A DNA stretch of 64,000 bases from an uncultured virus (IMG/VR IMGVR_UViG_3300030106_006575) (Duplodnaviria; Heunggongvirae; Uroviricota; Caudoviricetes), in the IMG/VR virus record IMGVR_UViG_3300030106_006575; one strand, 5' to 3'. The notes below the pieces were generated by a model that was given only the letters and a program-made list of their open reading frames with translations, was not told where the DNA came from and did no database searches. The position numbers and the translations under genes are program-made. Below, piece after piece: positions 30,061 through 40,490 of the stretch (the first letter of the stretch is position 1; the number at the start of each line of letters is the position of its first letter).

Positions 30061-31069
30061 CTTAATAGTTGATATTATAGTTGGGCTCCAAGCAGGAGAT
30101 GAGGGAAAAGGAAAGGTTACCCACAACCTTTTAAGGGAACGCGACTACACACACTGCGTTCGTTATAATGGGGGCGGTAACGCCGGACACACTATCTACC
30201 ATAATGGACAAAAGTTCGTTACCCACGCTGTTCCTGCCGGCATTTTTTATGGTATTAAATCTATTATTGGACCTGGCTGTGTTTTGGATATTAATAAGTT
30301 CTTTGAAGAAGTCCAGATGCTTAATAATGCTGGAATCAATACTGATGGACTAATCTTTATTTCTAAAAACGCACACATCATTCAGCCGGAGCACTTGGCC
30401 GAGGATGGTAAAGATACCAAGATTGGTACTACCCGCACAGGTAATGGACCAGCGTATCGCGACAAGTATGCTCGCAAAGGTGTTAGGGCACAGGATGTCG
30501 ATGCACTATTGCCTTACCTTATCGACTTCTACTATGAAATGCACTATAATGTGAAACCTGTTGTAGCTCTTTTTGAAGGCGCTCAAGGCTTTCAACTGGA
30601 TGTCGATTGGGGAGACTACCCATATGTTACTTCGAGCCACTGTACGTCGGCTGGAGCGCTCCTAAACGGCATTCCTCCCCAAGCTGTCCGCGAAGTGTGG
30701 GGTGTCGCAAAGATGTACGAGACTTATGTGGGGACAAAGGAGTTTCAGCCCAAAGGAGACATCTTTAAAGACCTTCAACGGGCAGGTAATGAATTTGGTG
30801 CGACAACTGGTCGCCCACGGCAATGCAACTGGCTAAATATTGAAGCACTAATCAGATCTGTCGCGATGAATGGGGCCACACACGTCGTCTTTAATAAAGT
30901 GGATATTTTACGAGATGTGGGGTCTTGGCGTCTTCGACTCAATAATCGGTCAAGGAGCGAGATGATTTTTCAAAAAGAAGAACAAATGATTAATTATCTT
31001 GAAAATAGTTTCCCAAATACAACCTTGTATTTCTCGGATAATCCAGAAACTTTTGATTTATGTGCTTGA
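30053..31069 (+). CDS. purA: Adenylosuccinate synthetase (short form)
   Basis: GDEGKGK, GG.NAGHT, IGTT.TG.GPAY.DK, EGAQG, YPYVTSS, GATTGRPR. Confidence 0.92.
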   Translation: MNNLIVDIIVGLQAGDEGKGKVTHNLLRERDYTHCVRYNGGGNAGHTIYHNGQKFVTHAVPAGIFYGIKSIIGPGCVLDINKFFEEVQMLNNAGINTDGLIFISKNAHIIQPEHLAEDGKDTKIGTTRTGNGPAYRDKYARKGVRAQDVDALLPYLIDFYYEMHYNVKPVVALFEGAQGFQLDVDWGDYPYVTSSHCTSAGALLNGIPPQAVREVWGVAKMYETYVGTKEFQPKGDIFKDLQRAGNEFGATTGRPRQCNWLNIEALIRSVAMNGATHVVFNKVDILRDVGSWRLRLNNRSRSEMIFQKEEQMINYLENSFPNTTLYFSDNPETFDLCA

Positions 31070-31094
31070 CAAACTCAGCTAAATAAACTATACT
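31066..31094 (+). promoter_or_regulatory. Sigma70-type promoter
   Basis: TTGACA-17-TATACT. Confidence 0.6.
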
Positions 31095-31117
31095 ATATAC
31101 ATAACTTGGAGGTTAGA

Positions 31118-31405
31118 ATGTTCCCATCAACAGAGAACGAAATTGCAATGGTACAAGAAGTGAGAGATGAAAAAACAGAGAAGATGATTGAATACATCAG
31201 GAGTCTTAAAGCTATTGAGGACGCTATTGAGCCTTATGCTGAACAGAAGAGAGAACTTCGTAAGGACTTCAAGGATCAAGGCTGGCTCACGAAAGAAGAG
31301 ATTAGTATGACTGTAAAGGCGTACCGAATGATGAAGAAAGATGTAGATATTGACCAGTTCGTTGATATTTTCAACTCTATCACACAGGCTGCGCGAGGGT
31401 CATGA
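31118..31405 (+). CDS. Small helical protein, possible dsDNA-binding (DsbA/GapR-like)
   Basis: GGAGG RBS; IEDAI......KRELRKDF...G pattern. Confidence 0.5.
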   Translation: MFPSTENEIAMVQEVRDEKTEKMIEYIRSLKAIEDAIEPYAEQKRELRKDFKDQGWLTKEEISMTVKAYRMMKKDVDIDQFVDIFNSITQAARGS

Positions 31406-31427
31406 TTATCCGCATATTGGAGAGATT

Positions 31428-31712
31428 ATGAATAGACAACAAAGGCGAGCCGCAGCCAAAAGCGGCAACAAGGACAATACTGAGTTAGAAGAGAAGATTG
31501 CACTATTTAGCAAAATGCCTGAAGAATGCTTGACTTGTTTAAAACCTTTTGATAAGTCGAATAAAGAGATGGCTATGACCTGGAGTGTCGTTGTTCATGG
31601 TGAGGAGGAGTTGGTCCGGCTTTATTGCCCAGAATGCTGGAATAAGGCCAAGGAAATCACGGAAAACTTTAAAAAACATTTAGAAGAGAAATTTGGGAGA
31701 ATCGATGATTAA
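31428..31712 (+). CDS. Hypothetical zinc-binding protein
   Basis: MNRQQRR start; CLTC and CPEC pairs. Confidence 0.65.
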   Translation: MNRQQRRAAAKSGNKDNTELEEKIALFSKMPEECLTCLKPFDKSNKEMAMTWSVVVHGEEELVRLYCPECWNKAKEITENFKKHLEEKFGRIDD

Positions 31713-32739
31713 AGCAGAATATATTTGGTTAGACGGTACAGAGAACGAGCCGTGTTTAAGAAGTAAAACTAGAATTTTAGAAACAAGCGACTCGCTCCCG
31801 GCGTTGCTTGATAGTTTGCCAGTGTGGGGATTCGACGGGTCTTCCACCAATCAGGCAGAGGGCTCAAGTTCGGACTGTGTACTTCAGCCCGTTTGGGCAT
31901 GCCCAGACCCATTGCGAGGCGGTCGTCATATTTTGGTGCTGTGTGAAGTTCTCAATGTGGATATGAGTCCACATGTTACCAATACGAGGCACGATTGCAG
32001 TGAGACAGCACAGATTTATGCAGACCACGAATCTTGGTTCGGTTTAGAGCAAGAATACACGCTTTTGAAAAACGGCAGACCCCTGGGTTTTCCAGAAAAC
32101 GGATATCCGAATCCTCAAGGGCAATATTACTGTAGTGTTGGTGGGCAAAATGCTTTCGGTCGTCAGATAGTTGAGACGCATTTAGACCTATGCTTGGCTG
32201 CAAAACTAAAAATCTCAGGCATTAATGCAGAAGTTATGCCGGGACAGTGGGAGTTCCAAGTTGGTCCTTTGGGTCCGACCGAGGTATCAGACCAGCTTTG
32301 GATTGCTCGGTATCTATTGGAGCGAGTCGCAGAAGGGCACGGTGTCACAGTTTCTTGGGATCCAAAGCCTGTTAAGGGCGATTGGAACGGCGCTGGCTGT
32401 CATACTAACTTTAGTACTAATGCGATGCGTGGACAGATGGGGATGTATGCTGTTGCTGCTGAAGCCTTGAGTAAGAACGCAGATGAGCACATTGCCAACT
32501 ACGGACATGCCATCGAGGAACGTCTTACAGGGCTTCACGAGACTTGCTCATATAGACAGTTTAAATGGGGAGTATCAGATAGAGGGGCTTCTGTTAGGAT
32601 CCCTTGGCAAGTAGACCGCGATGGCGTCGGATACATTGAAGATCGCCGTCCAAATGCCAACTGCGACCCATATGTTGTAACTCGATTGATTACCGAAACG
32701 TGTTGCGGCGAATTAGAAAAGAGCCGAATGGGAATATAA
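31705..32739 (+). CDS. glnII: Glutamine synthetase type II
   Basis: AEYIWLDG, WGFDGSST.QA, FGLEQEY, NAEVMPGQWEFQVGP, GDWNGAGCH, RLTG.HET, EDRRP. Confidence 0.95.
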   Translation: MIKAEYIWLDGTENEPCLRSKTRILETSDSLPALLDSLPVWGFDGSSTNQAEGSSSDCVLQPVWACPDPLRGGRHILVLCEVLNVDMSPHVTNTRHDCSETAQIYADHESWFGLEQEYTLLKNGRPLGFPENGYPNPQGQYYCSVGGQNAFGRQIVETHLDLCLAAKLKISGINAEVMPGQWEFQVGPLGPTEVSDQLWIARYLLERVAEGHGVTVSWDPKPVKGDWNGAGCHTNFSTNAMRGQMGMYAVAAEALSKNADEHIANYGHAIEERLTGLHETCSYRQFKWGVSDRGASVRIPWQVDRDGVGYIEDRRPNANCDPYVVTRLITETCCGELEKSRMGI

Positions 32740-33770
32740 TGTTTCAAGAGACAATAAAAGAGTCACTTAGTTTTGATGACGTATTACTAAGACCACAATA
32801 CTCTGAAATCAGTTCAAGGTCAGAAGTTAAAATCCTACAAGAGCTGGAGGGATGTGGTCGTTTTAGTCTGCCTATCATCTCCTCTCCGATGGATACTATA
32901 ACCGAAGCCAGTATGGCGATTGCTATGTCAGACCACGGTGGGCTCGGCATTATTCATAGATACAACACGATTGAAAAACAAGTTGATATGGCTATGTGTG
33001 TTATGCAGTGCCAATGTACTACCGCAGCAGCTATTGGAGTAAGTGACGATTTTGTTGACAGAGCGACAGCCCTTTATGATGCTGGAGTGCGCCTATTGTG
33101 TATTGACGTTGCTCACGGGCATCACTCCAAAGTCCGATATGCCATTGAGGTCTTACGGAAGACATTTGGATCATCAGTGCACATTATGGCTGGGAACGTC
33201 GCGACTTTAGAGGCTTTTAACGATTTGGCCGATTGGGGTGCGGATTCGATTAGGGTTGGCATCGGTGGTGGCTCTATATGCTCCACTAGGATCCAAACAG
33301 GGCACGGAGTTCCGACTTTTCAATCAATCTTGGAATGCTCGAATTCGAATCGCGACGTTGCTTTGATTGCCGATGGAGGCATCAGGACTAGCGGAGATAT
33401 TGTTAAAGCTTATGCCGCAGGTGCTGATTTTGTAATGCTCGGTTCGTTATTGTCAGGCACAATTGAATCCCCCGGAGAGTCATTTTTGGGAGAAGACGGA
33501 AGCAAATACAAGACCTATAGAGGCATGGCAAGCAAGGAAGCCCAGCGATCTTGGAGAGGACGCTTCGCCTCGGTCGAGGGCGTATCGCATTTCGTACCTT
33601 TAAAGGGTCGTGTCGAAGAAGTCTTGTCCGAGTTAGAAATCGGGATTAGGAGTGGGTTATCCTATACAGGAGCAAAGAACATCCCTCAACTTCAAGCAAA
33701 AGCAAGATTTATCCGCCAAACTAATTCGGGACAGATCGAAAGTTCTACGCATATTAGGGGGCGACAATGA
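32739..33770 (+). CDS. guaB: IMP dehydrogenase/GMP reductase family (no CBS domains)
   Basis: [43 protein letters not shown]. Confidence 0.88.
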   Translation: MFQETIKESLSFDDVLLRPQYSEISSRSEVKILQELEGCGRFSLPIISSPMDTITEASMAIAMSDHGGLGIIHRYNTIEKQVDMAMCVMQCQCTTAAAIGVSDDFVDRATALYDAGVRLLCIDVAHGHHSKVRYAIEVLRKTFGSSVHIMAGNVATLEAFNDLADWGADSIRVGIGGGSICSTRIQTGHGVPTFQSILECSNSNRDVALIADGGIRTSGDIVKAYAAGADFVMLGSLLSGTIESPGESFLGEDGSKYKTYRGMASKEAQRSWRGRFASVEGVSHFVPLKGRVEEVLSELEIGIRSGLSYTGAKNIPQLQAKARFIRQTNSGQIESSTHIRGRQ

Positions 33771-33943
33771 TGAGGCTCGGTGTTAAAGAAATAATTAATG
33801 AGATCGGCAGATGGAAGACAGAAATGAGGAGCGATCACAATGATGGCTGGACAAAGCGGTGCTATGAAGAGATGCTTGAGGAGATTAGGGCTGCTTTGGG
33901 TGAACGAGAGCAGCTTGATTTAGAGGAAGAGGGAAACTATTAA
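33767..33943 (+). CDS. Small hypothetical protein (58 aa; not in ORF track)
   Basis: Fills the gap with overlapping start/stop on both sides. Confidence 0.5.
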   Translation: MMRLGVKEIINEIGRWKTEMRSDHNDGWTKRCYEEMLEEIRAALGEREQLDLEEEGNY

Positions 33944-34284
33944 TGAAAGACCCAGCTTACGGGACAATGAAAAAGAAGATAGTCTTTTATGATTCAGATA
34001 AAAGATACGCCGATCTCAAGATAAGGCTGGAACACGATAAACTTTCTCAAGCAAAGTTTTTCAGAGGAATACTAACTGGGTACTTGTCCCAAGACCCAGA
34101 CATACTCAACTTTGTTGATAAGCTAAAGGCAAGCAAGCGGAACAACAAGACGAGCAAAAAGAGAAATAAAGAAATTAGAGAACTAGTTAATGATGGAAAC
34201 GAAACACTTGAAAAGGTTTTATTAAATGAGGATGAGATAGAGAATATCTTCGATATTCTTGAAAATGAAGATTCTATCTTTTAA
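33943..34284 (+). CDS. Hypothetical protein
   Basis: 113-aa ORF with GAGG RBS. Confidence 0.65.
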   Translation: MKDPAYGTMKKKIVFYDSDKRYADLKIRLEHDKLSQAKFFRGILTGYLSQDPDILNFVDKLKASKRNNKTSKKRNKEIRELVNDGNETLEKVLLNEDEIENIFDILENEDSIF

Positions 34285-34345
34285 AGTGCTTTTATTGATA
34301 ATAAACACTATTTATTATAGCGCAAACGTCGCAGGAGATTTTCAA

Positions 34346-35083
34346 ATGAGCAAAAAACCACTTTTAAACGAAACAGTAATTCGGCAGTTTATGAAATATG
34401 CCAACATTGAGCCTTTGGCAGACAATTTCATTAATGAAAACTATGTCGAAGAAGAGGTCAACGAGGAGGTTGTTGAAGAGGAAGAGCAACTTGAAGAGAT
34501 TGCCCCCTCGGTCAGCCTGGAAGAAGCAGAGCACGATATGGATGCTGTAGGCGCCGATATGGACGTTGATGAGCTTGGCGACGAAGAAGAGCCCGTAGCT
34601 GACGAAGCCCCCAGCGAAGAAGAACTCCCGCCAGAAGCTGTTAACGCTCTAGAGCAAGCAGTTGAAGCTGCTGCCGACGCGATGTTGAGCGCCCTTGCAC
34701 CATACGGTGTAGAAGGTGAAGCCTCAATCGAAGGTGGTGAGGAAGCCGATATCGATTTGGAACCAGCCATGGACGACATGGACGACATGGGCGATATGGG
34801 CGACGAAGTTCCTGTTGATGACATGGGCTTGGTAGATGACGGCGAAGACGAGCCAGGACGACGCCCTGGTAAGCCCGGACAAAAAGCCCGACCGCCAACA
34901 CATATCAAAGTAAAAGAAGGCGAAGAAACCCTTGACGAAGAAGATATCGTCAACGAAACAGTTAAAAGAGTGATGGCTAGACTTTCCGAGATGAAAGCAC
35001 AAGCCGAAGCTGCTGATAAGAAAGATAAAATGATTGAATCTGTGACCGAAGCAATCCTTGCTCGGCTTAACACTAAAAAGTGA
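34346..35083 (+). CDS. Highly acidic protein, candidate prohead scaffold/core protein
   Basis: LLNE/INE/LEE motifs, D/E-rich, preceded by ACTATTTATTATAG (34307) and AGGAG. Confidence 0.6.
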   Translation: MSKKPLLNETVIRQFMKYANIEPLADNFINENYVEEEVNEEVVEEEEQLEEIAPSVSLEEAEHDMDAVGADMDVDELGDEEEPVADEAPSEEELPPEAVNALEQAVEAAADAMLSALAPYGVEGEASIEGGEEADIDLEPAMDDMDDMGDMGDEVPVDDMGLVDDGEDEPGRRPGKPGQKARPPTHIKVKEGEETLDEEDIVNETVKRVMARLSEMKAQAEAADKKDKMIESVTEAILARLNTKK

Positions 35084-35101
35084 TTAAATAAAATATGAAC
35101 T

Positions 35102-35136
35102 ATAAACCACGGTCAATGACCGTGGTTTATTTTATT
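35102..35136 (+). terminator. Intrinsic terminator
   Basis: Perfect inverted repeat ATAAACCACGGTCA/TGACCGTGGTTTAT plus T tract. Confidence 0.75.
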
Positions 35137-35146
35137 GAGAATAGAA

Positions 35147-35545
35147 ATGCATTTTGATATAAGTTCCTTGATTCTGGGTATGGTAGCTGGGATAATCATT
35201 CACCGGGTCGTAAGTTCTTTTTACGATCTAGGGCAAATCGGACTTTATATCATAGAAGTAGAGAAAAACGCTCTGATAATGTTGGCTACAGTAGCCGAGT
35301 CTATTTCCTACATTCAGACGATTAAGCACAATACTATGTCTGACCTAGGTTTGTCGGAAAACCTGATCAAGACTACTAAAAACGTCGATAACTATAACTT
35401 TGATGCGTGGAAGAACGCAGCGGTCAGCAATTTGTTGGCAGCATATCCAGAGAAATATAAAAACTTTCCACGCTATGTTGATTGGTCAGCCGCAATGAAA
35501 TATTTGGATAAGATATACAAACAAGGATTAAGGGGGAGCAAATGA
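35147..35545 (+). CDS. Hypothetical membrane-anchored protein
   Basis: N-terminal hydrophobic segment. Confidence 0.6.
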   Translation: MHFDISSLILGMVAGIIIHRVVSSFYDLGQIGLYIIEVEKNALIMLATVAESISYIQTIKHNTMSDLGLSENLIKTTKNVDNYNFDAWKNAAVSNLLAAYPEKYKNFPRYVDWSAAMKYLDKIYKQGLRGSK

Positions 35546-36204
35546 GTAATACGTCATTGGATAAGGAAGATTCCGACGAGGAATCAGGCAAGAAAGAAGA
35601 AGAGGCTTTAACCAACGTTTTGATGATTGGTGCCTCTGAGGTCGAAATCAGAACTGTATCCGTAATGGGTGACATCTGCGAGGAGATATGCAAGGATGTT
35701 ATTAGCGGATTGTGGTATTTGAAAGCCAATGCTGTCGATCCAGACAGCCCCGCATCGGATGACGAGGAGTCGGAGGTTGCAGAAAACAACCGACCAATAG
35801 AAATGCTTATATCAACACACGGAGGCAGCGCAGATGATATGTTTGCCATTTACGATGCGATGCGTTACATTCGTGAAACTGTCGATATTGAAACTTTTGG
35901 TTTAGGCAAGGTTATGTCAGCAGGAACCCTGCTTCTCGCTGCCGGCACCAAGGGCAAGCGCAAGATTGGAAAGCACTGTCGGGTAATGATACACTCCGTT
36001 ATAGGAGGTTCAGTCGGACCAATGCACCAACTAGATAATGAAATGAAAGAAGTCAAGGCTATTCAAGAGTCTTATATTAGGGCTATTTGTGATGAAACTA
36101 ACTTGACCGAAAGAAAACTTCGCTCTTTACTAAAAAAGAAAGTTAATATTTATCTAACTGCACCAGAGGCAGTTGAATATGGTTTTGCAGATATTATTGT
36201 ATAA
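35542..36204 (+). CDS. clpP: ClpP-family protease
   Basis: ISTHGG, IYDAM, VMSAG (Ser), GTKGKR, MIH (His), YLTA.EAVEYG.AD.I. Confidence 0.88.
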   Translation: MSNTSLDKEDSDEESGKKEEEALTNVLMIGASEVEIRTVSVMGDICEEICKDVISGLWYLKANAVDPDSPASDDEESEVAENNRPIEMLISTHGGSADDMFAIYDAMRYIRETVDIETFGLGKVMSAGTLLLAAGTKGKRKIGKHCRVMIHSVIGGSVGPMHQLDNEMKEVKAIQESYIRAICDETNLTERKLRSLLKKKVNIYLTAPEAVEYGFADIIV

Positions 36205-36216
36205 GGAGATATTACA

Positions 36217-36840
36217 ATGGCTAAGATTCGAGGCGTACAAGCTAAACTAATTAAGGGTTATTACAAGACCGCGTTAGAGAACAAGGGACATACATTTTTT
36301 GAGAATGGAACATATAATTTAAATATTATTGGAACTCGCGATTCTGACAAGATTGCAAACAAGTTTAATGATAACCTTGCGGTTATTTACAAAGACAGGA
36401 CTAAACAGTGGGTTGTCAATAGCTATGCGATTACTACCGATCCAGGCACGTATTGGCTAAAAAATGCTAGCAATGTCAAAGGCACAGCTATCCTAGTGCC
36501 TGGGCAATATCGAGGTGTATATAAGATTGATAAACACGCCGGTAAGTATGAGGCTCTATGTCAGAGAGGCGGTGCAGTCAAGGTGTATCGTGACGGAAAT
36601 AAAGACGAGGTACACGATATGGACCCAGACACCATTATGGAAGGTTGGTATGGAATAAACATCCACAGAGCCTCAATTGCCCGTGATTTGACCGAAAATG
36701 TTGATAGATGGTCGGCAGGTTGTCAAGTTTTCAAGAGTAGTGTTGACTTTAGTGAATTTATGAAACTAATTAAGACATCGGCTAAATACTATGGAAATAG
36801 CTTTACCTATACATTAATAAATGAGGAAGACTTGACATGA
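36217..36840 (+). CDS. L,D-transpeptidase-like/peptidoglycan-active protein
   Basis: TTDPG, GINIH...WSAGCQV (His...SxGC). Confidence 0.55.
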   Translation: MAKIRGVQAKLIKGYYKTALENKGHTFFENGTYNLNIIGTRDSDKIANKFNDNLAVIYKDRTKQWVVNSYAITTDPGTYWLKNASNVKGTAILVPGQYRGVYKIDKHAGKYEALCQRGGAVKVYRDGNKDEVHDMDPDTIMEGWYGINIHRASIARDLTENVDRWSAGCQVFKSSVDFSEFMKLIKTSAKYYGNSFTYTLINEEDLT

Positions 36841-38423
36841 ATACAAATTGGGATCTACTGATCGAGAATCACTTCAATAATAAGAAGAACAATAGTTTAA
36901 AGATGCTCACCGAAGCAGTTCGCGAAGTTATGGCAGAGATGCCCGTGGAAGATGACATTTTGTTGACCGAAGATGCGCCATCTGGAGGACGATTCAGTAT
37001 GAGTATCCCGATTCCCAAGTTGGTTCCTACAGAGGCTTGGGGTAACCCTGATAGTATTTCCCGTGAAGATATTAAAGAAATCTTCAACGTTTTTAGAAGA
37101 GCAGGGGGAATTAAAGAGAGAATAGATCACATCAATTCGTTTTTGAGTCCAGAATCAGCAAGAAGAAAAGCTCCCGGCGGCAAGATTAACACCCTACTGC
37201 GAATGATGCAGGTTATTGAAGCACTTCAGGCTGCTATTAATGATTATAGTGAATCATCTGCTGGTTTTGTTTTTGAGGGCTTTATGGCCGCGCTTACTGG
37301 AGGTCGTCAAGAGGCTGGTCGTGTTGGCGGTACCTTGCCGATTGAGGACTTCATAACAGGTAAAGGCGATAATGTCAGCCTAAAGCTTCTTAGCCCCGGA
37401 ACTGGTGTTCACGGCAGTTTTACAAACTTGGTTGATTACTTATTCCTCCGTGGTGATGCAGGCGAGCCAAGTATTCAATATCTGGTGGCAACTAAGAATT
37501 CAGAGGGTGACGTTGTGACGCATCTTTTAATTTCCGAGTTTGAAATCTCAAGAGATAGTTTTGTTGATGTCATGGTCAATACAAAGAATGGCGACCGCTT
37601 GGGAGAAATGGCACAGCCTATGAAGGCGCACGTTGCAAACTGGCAAAATAGCCCCGAGTGGCGGTTAAGAATGGCAGAGATACTTAGACAAACGCCTGGT
37701 TACGACATAAAAAGAGGAATGTTTGTAAAGAGCCTAGGGGCTGATGGAGATAGGGTCGAAACCGAAGAAGAACCCGGCAGTGATTTGGAAGCCAAAAAGC
37801 AGAAGGCGTTCACCAAGAGGGAAGCCGATACCTATCTTACTGGCCTCAAGCAAGCAACACGCGCCGCTGGAGAGGCACACGGAAGAGGAGACGGTCCAAG
37901 TTTTGAAGAGTGGTATCCACAGAACATAGATGATGACGATCTCGTCCGCGCAGGCAAAACTGCAAAAGGTGGTGCCAGTAATAAAAATTATATAAAACAA
38001 TTCAAAGCTCAGTTTGAAGCAGGTAAAAAAGCAGGCTCACAATTATCTGAGTCTTTCTTCGGCGAGTTCGACGCTAGAGAAAAGATGTTAATGAATGAGG
38101 GCAAAGCCGGTAAAGGCGATGGTGGAGCCCAATGGACTATTTCCCAGGCAGCGTTGCAGGGGCAAGAGCAGATTTTGAAAACTAGAAACTATGGGAAAGT
38201 TGACCTCTCGCAAAAGAATATTGATGAACTTAGTGAGATATACATTGAAAAGCTAGGTGAAGATGTTATGGCTATCCTTAATGCAACTAAAGACTTTACT
38301 GAAAACATTGGAACATACTTCTCTACTGAAGATCGTTCAAAGGCTAAGACCGCTAATACGAAAGCACAAGAGCAAGGTAAAGATATTGCAGACAGACTAG
38401 CTGCCCAAGTAGAAGAAAAATAA
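36837..38423 (+). CDS. Hypothetical protein, probable virion-associated
   Basis: 528 aa; LIE/LTE motifs at N-terminus; AGFVFEGF...D...SLK. Confidence 0.7.
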   Translation: MNTNWDLLIENHFNNKKNNSLKMLTEAVREVMAEMPVEDDILLTEDAPSGGRFSMSIPIPKLVPTEAWGNPDSISREDIKEIFNVFRRAGGIKERIDHINSFLSPESARRKAPGGKINTLLRMMQVIEALQAAINDYSESSAGFVFEGFMAALTGGRQEAGRVGGTLPIEDFITGKGDNVSLKLLSPGTGVHGSFTNLVDYLFLRGDAGEPSIQYLVATKNSEGDVVTHLLISEFEISRDSFVDVMVNTKNGDRLGEMAQPMKAHVANWQNSPEWRLRMAEILRQTPGYDIKRGMFVKSLGADGDRVETEEEPGSDLEAKKQKAFTKREADTYLTGLKQATRAAGEAHGRGDGPSFEEWYPQNIDDDDLVRAGKTAKGGASNKNYIKQFKAQFEAGKKAGSQLSESFFGEFDAREKMLMNEGKAGKGDGGAQWTISQAALQGQEQILKTRNYGKVDLSQKNIDELSEIYIEKLGEDVMAILNATKDFTENIGTYFSTEDRSKAKTANTKAQEQGKDIADRLAAQVEEK

Positions 38424-38435
38424 AATTAATAACCC

Positions 38436-38464
38436 TTGACAAGTGTGCAAAATGTGATTATAAT
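38436..38464 (+). promoter_or_regulatory. Consensus sigma70 promoter for groEL
   Basis: TTGACA-17-TATAAT with TG extension. Confidence 0.7.
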
Positions 38465-38494
38465 ATATAGTAACATTAACAAATGAGGTGTTAG

Positions 38495-40063
38495 TTGTCA
38501 GTTAAATACGATGATGGGTCTTCCCTTCATAAGAAAATGATTCAGGGTGTGGACATTCTAGCAGATAACATTGCTAGTACCCTAGGTCCGAAAGGGCGAA
38601 ATGTACTTTTGAGGCAGAAAGATAAAGCCCCTTTTATTACCAAGGATGGCGTTACTGTCTCAAGGTTTGTAAAGCTGGAAGATCCCTTTATGGACGCAGC
38701 AGCGCAAGTTATTCGACAGGCTTCCGAGAATACTAACATTAGTGCAGGAGACGGCACAACGACAGCCACGGTGCTTTCAAGGGCAATCCTAAAGAACGCT
38801 CACAAGCACTTGATTAACGACACCAGTGTGGTTGAGATTAAGAGAGGTATTGATAAAGCAGCCGCAGAGATAGCCAAGCAGCTTGAAGAGATGGCAACGC
38901 CAGTTCAAAGCAAAGAAGATATTGAACATATCGCAACTATATCAGCAAACAATGATGCAGCAGTGGGAACTTTAATATCAAACGCAGTGGACAGCGTAGG
39001 CAAAGACGGCTCTATTACAATAGAAGAAGCCGGCTCTCTTGAGACTTCATTGGACTTCCAAGAAGGTTTTCGGTTCCCCGGTGGTTATGCCGCCGGCGCA
39101 TTTATCACCGATGAAAGACGAGGGGCCGCTATTTATGAAAATGCCTTTGTGCTTGTTGCTGATGCCAAGATAGAGAATGTGCAAGATATTCTCCCTGTTT
39201 TGGAGCAGGTGGCAAGAGAAAACAAGCCACTGGTCATTGTCGCTAGCGAGATCGAAGGTCAAGCCTTGGCTGCTTTGATTATGAATACAGTGCGTGGGAG
39301 TCTAAAGGTTGCCGCTGTTAAGATTTCACGTTATGGAGCCGAGAGGCGCAATATTCTGGGAGACTTGTGTCTGGCGACTGGAGCCTCGTATATCACGAAG
39401 AACTCCGCTCTTAAACTAGAAGAGGTTAAGCTGGAGCACTTAGGGACTTGCTCGCGAATAGAAATACTTAAACACATAACGACAGTCGTTGGCGGAAATC
39501 GAGATCAAGAAAAAGTTGAAGAAAAGATTGAAGCATTAAAAGCCGAGCTAGAACAAGCCGAGACTTTTCCTGAGTGTGAGAGGATCCAAGAGCGCGTCAC
39601 TAGGTTGGCTTCCGGTGTCGCTATTATAAAAGTTGGTGCCCCAACTGAGGTTGAGATGACGGAGAAAAAGCACCGCATTGAGGATGCTTTGGAAGCTGTG
39701 AAAGCCGCCCAATTGGAGGGTATCGTGCCTGGAGGTGGTGTCGCTTTCTTGAGGGTTCTCAAGAACTTAGAGGTGAATGTTGACAATCAAGATCAAGCCA
39801 TCGGCGCTCAATGTGTTGCAGAGGCAATCAGGGAGCCAATAAGACAGATGGCTAAGAATGCTGGCCTTAGTGCCGATATTGTTGAGAATATAGTTCAAAG
39901 CATGGAAGGCACGAAAGGCTTTGATTTTAGTCGGCAAACAGAGTGCGATATGATTGAGGCTGGCATTATCGATCCAGTTCGAGTAACAAAGGTTGCTTTG
40001 CAAAATGCTGCATCAGCCGCCGGAACCTTGATTATGACCGGCTATTCTATTTTGGAGGTTTGA
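38495..40063 (+). CDS. groEL: Chaperonin GroEL
   Basis: TLGPKGRNV, ITKDGVTV, AGDGTTTATVL, EGIVPGGG, GIIDP. Confidence 0.96.
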   Translation: MSVKYDDGSSLHKKMIQGVDILADNIASTLGPKGRNVLLRQKDKAPFITKDGVTVSRFVKLEDPFMDAAAQVIRQASENTNISAGDGTTTATVLSRAILKNAHKHLINDTSVVEIKRGIDKAAAEIAKQLEEMATPVQSKEDIEHIATISANNDAAVGTLISNAVDSVGKDGSITIEEAGSLETSLDFQEGFRFPGGYAAGAFITDERRGAAIYENAFVLVADAKIENVQDILPVLEQVARENKPLVIVASEIEGQALAALIMNTVRGSLKVAAVKISRYGAERRNILGDLCLATGASYITKNSALKLEEVKLEHLGTCSRIEILKHITTVVGGNRDQEKVEEKIEALKAELEQAETFPECERIQERVTRLASGVAIIKVGAPTEVEMTEKKHRIEDALEAVKAAQLEGIVPGGGVAFLRVLKNLEVNVDNQDQAIGAQCVAEAIREPIRQMAKNAGLSADIVENIVQSMEGTKGFDFSRQTECDMIEAGIIDPVRVTKVALQNAASAAGTLIMTGYSILEV

Positions 40064-40064
40064 A

Positions 40065-40490
40065 ATGAAAAGAGTTAATCTAGTATATTCCGTTACTGAG
40101 GAGGAATATAATCAAGAGATTAAAAGATTGTTGGAGTCGTCAGCGGTTTATCTGGGAGACTTTACTCATTTTATAAACCAGTCAATCTCTTTGCATAAAA
40201 GCGGAAACCAGGAAGGTTGCTTAAATAGTGTTGGAAAAGCTCGCGATTGCTTGGCAGATGCAGATTATAGATTGCACGATATTATGAATTTGATCGTTGC
40301 CAGTGTGGATATAACCGAAGAACAGCCGGCTGTACCACAGGATGTTGAATATGCTGTGCCCGAAGAAAAGTTAATTAATATAAACAACCGTTTAGCCGAA
40401 GTTCGCAAGAATGTAAAAAATCTAGGAATTCAAATATCAGATGCTGAATTGGAGAAGTTATTGGAGAAAAATAATGATAAGATTGATTGA
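40065..40490 (+). CDS. Hypothetical protein
   Basis: ORF with GGAGG RBS. Confidence 0.65.
   Translation: MKRVNLVYSVTEEEYNQEIKRLLESSAVYLGDFTHFINQSISLHKSGNQEGCLNSVGKARDCLADADYRLHDIMNLIVASVDITEEQPAVPQDVEYAVPEEKLININNRLAEVRKNVKNLGIQISDAELEKLLEKNNDKID

Noticed and set aside
30053..31069. PurZ / 2-aminoadenine (Z-genome) pathway
   Set aside because: The enzyme keeps the catalytic Asp motif GDEGKG of PurA rather than the Ser-type motif of PurZ, and no dATPase-like HD gene is evident nearby.
34441..35073. Long minus-strand Ser-rich ORF, and other antisense ORFs such as 5813-6364, 44608-45198 and 61813-62490
   Set aside because: These are shadows of biased + strand genes with no RBS or recognisable motifs.
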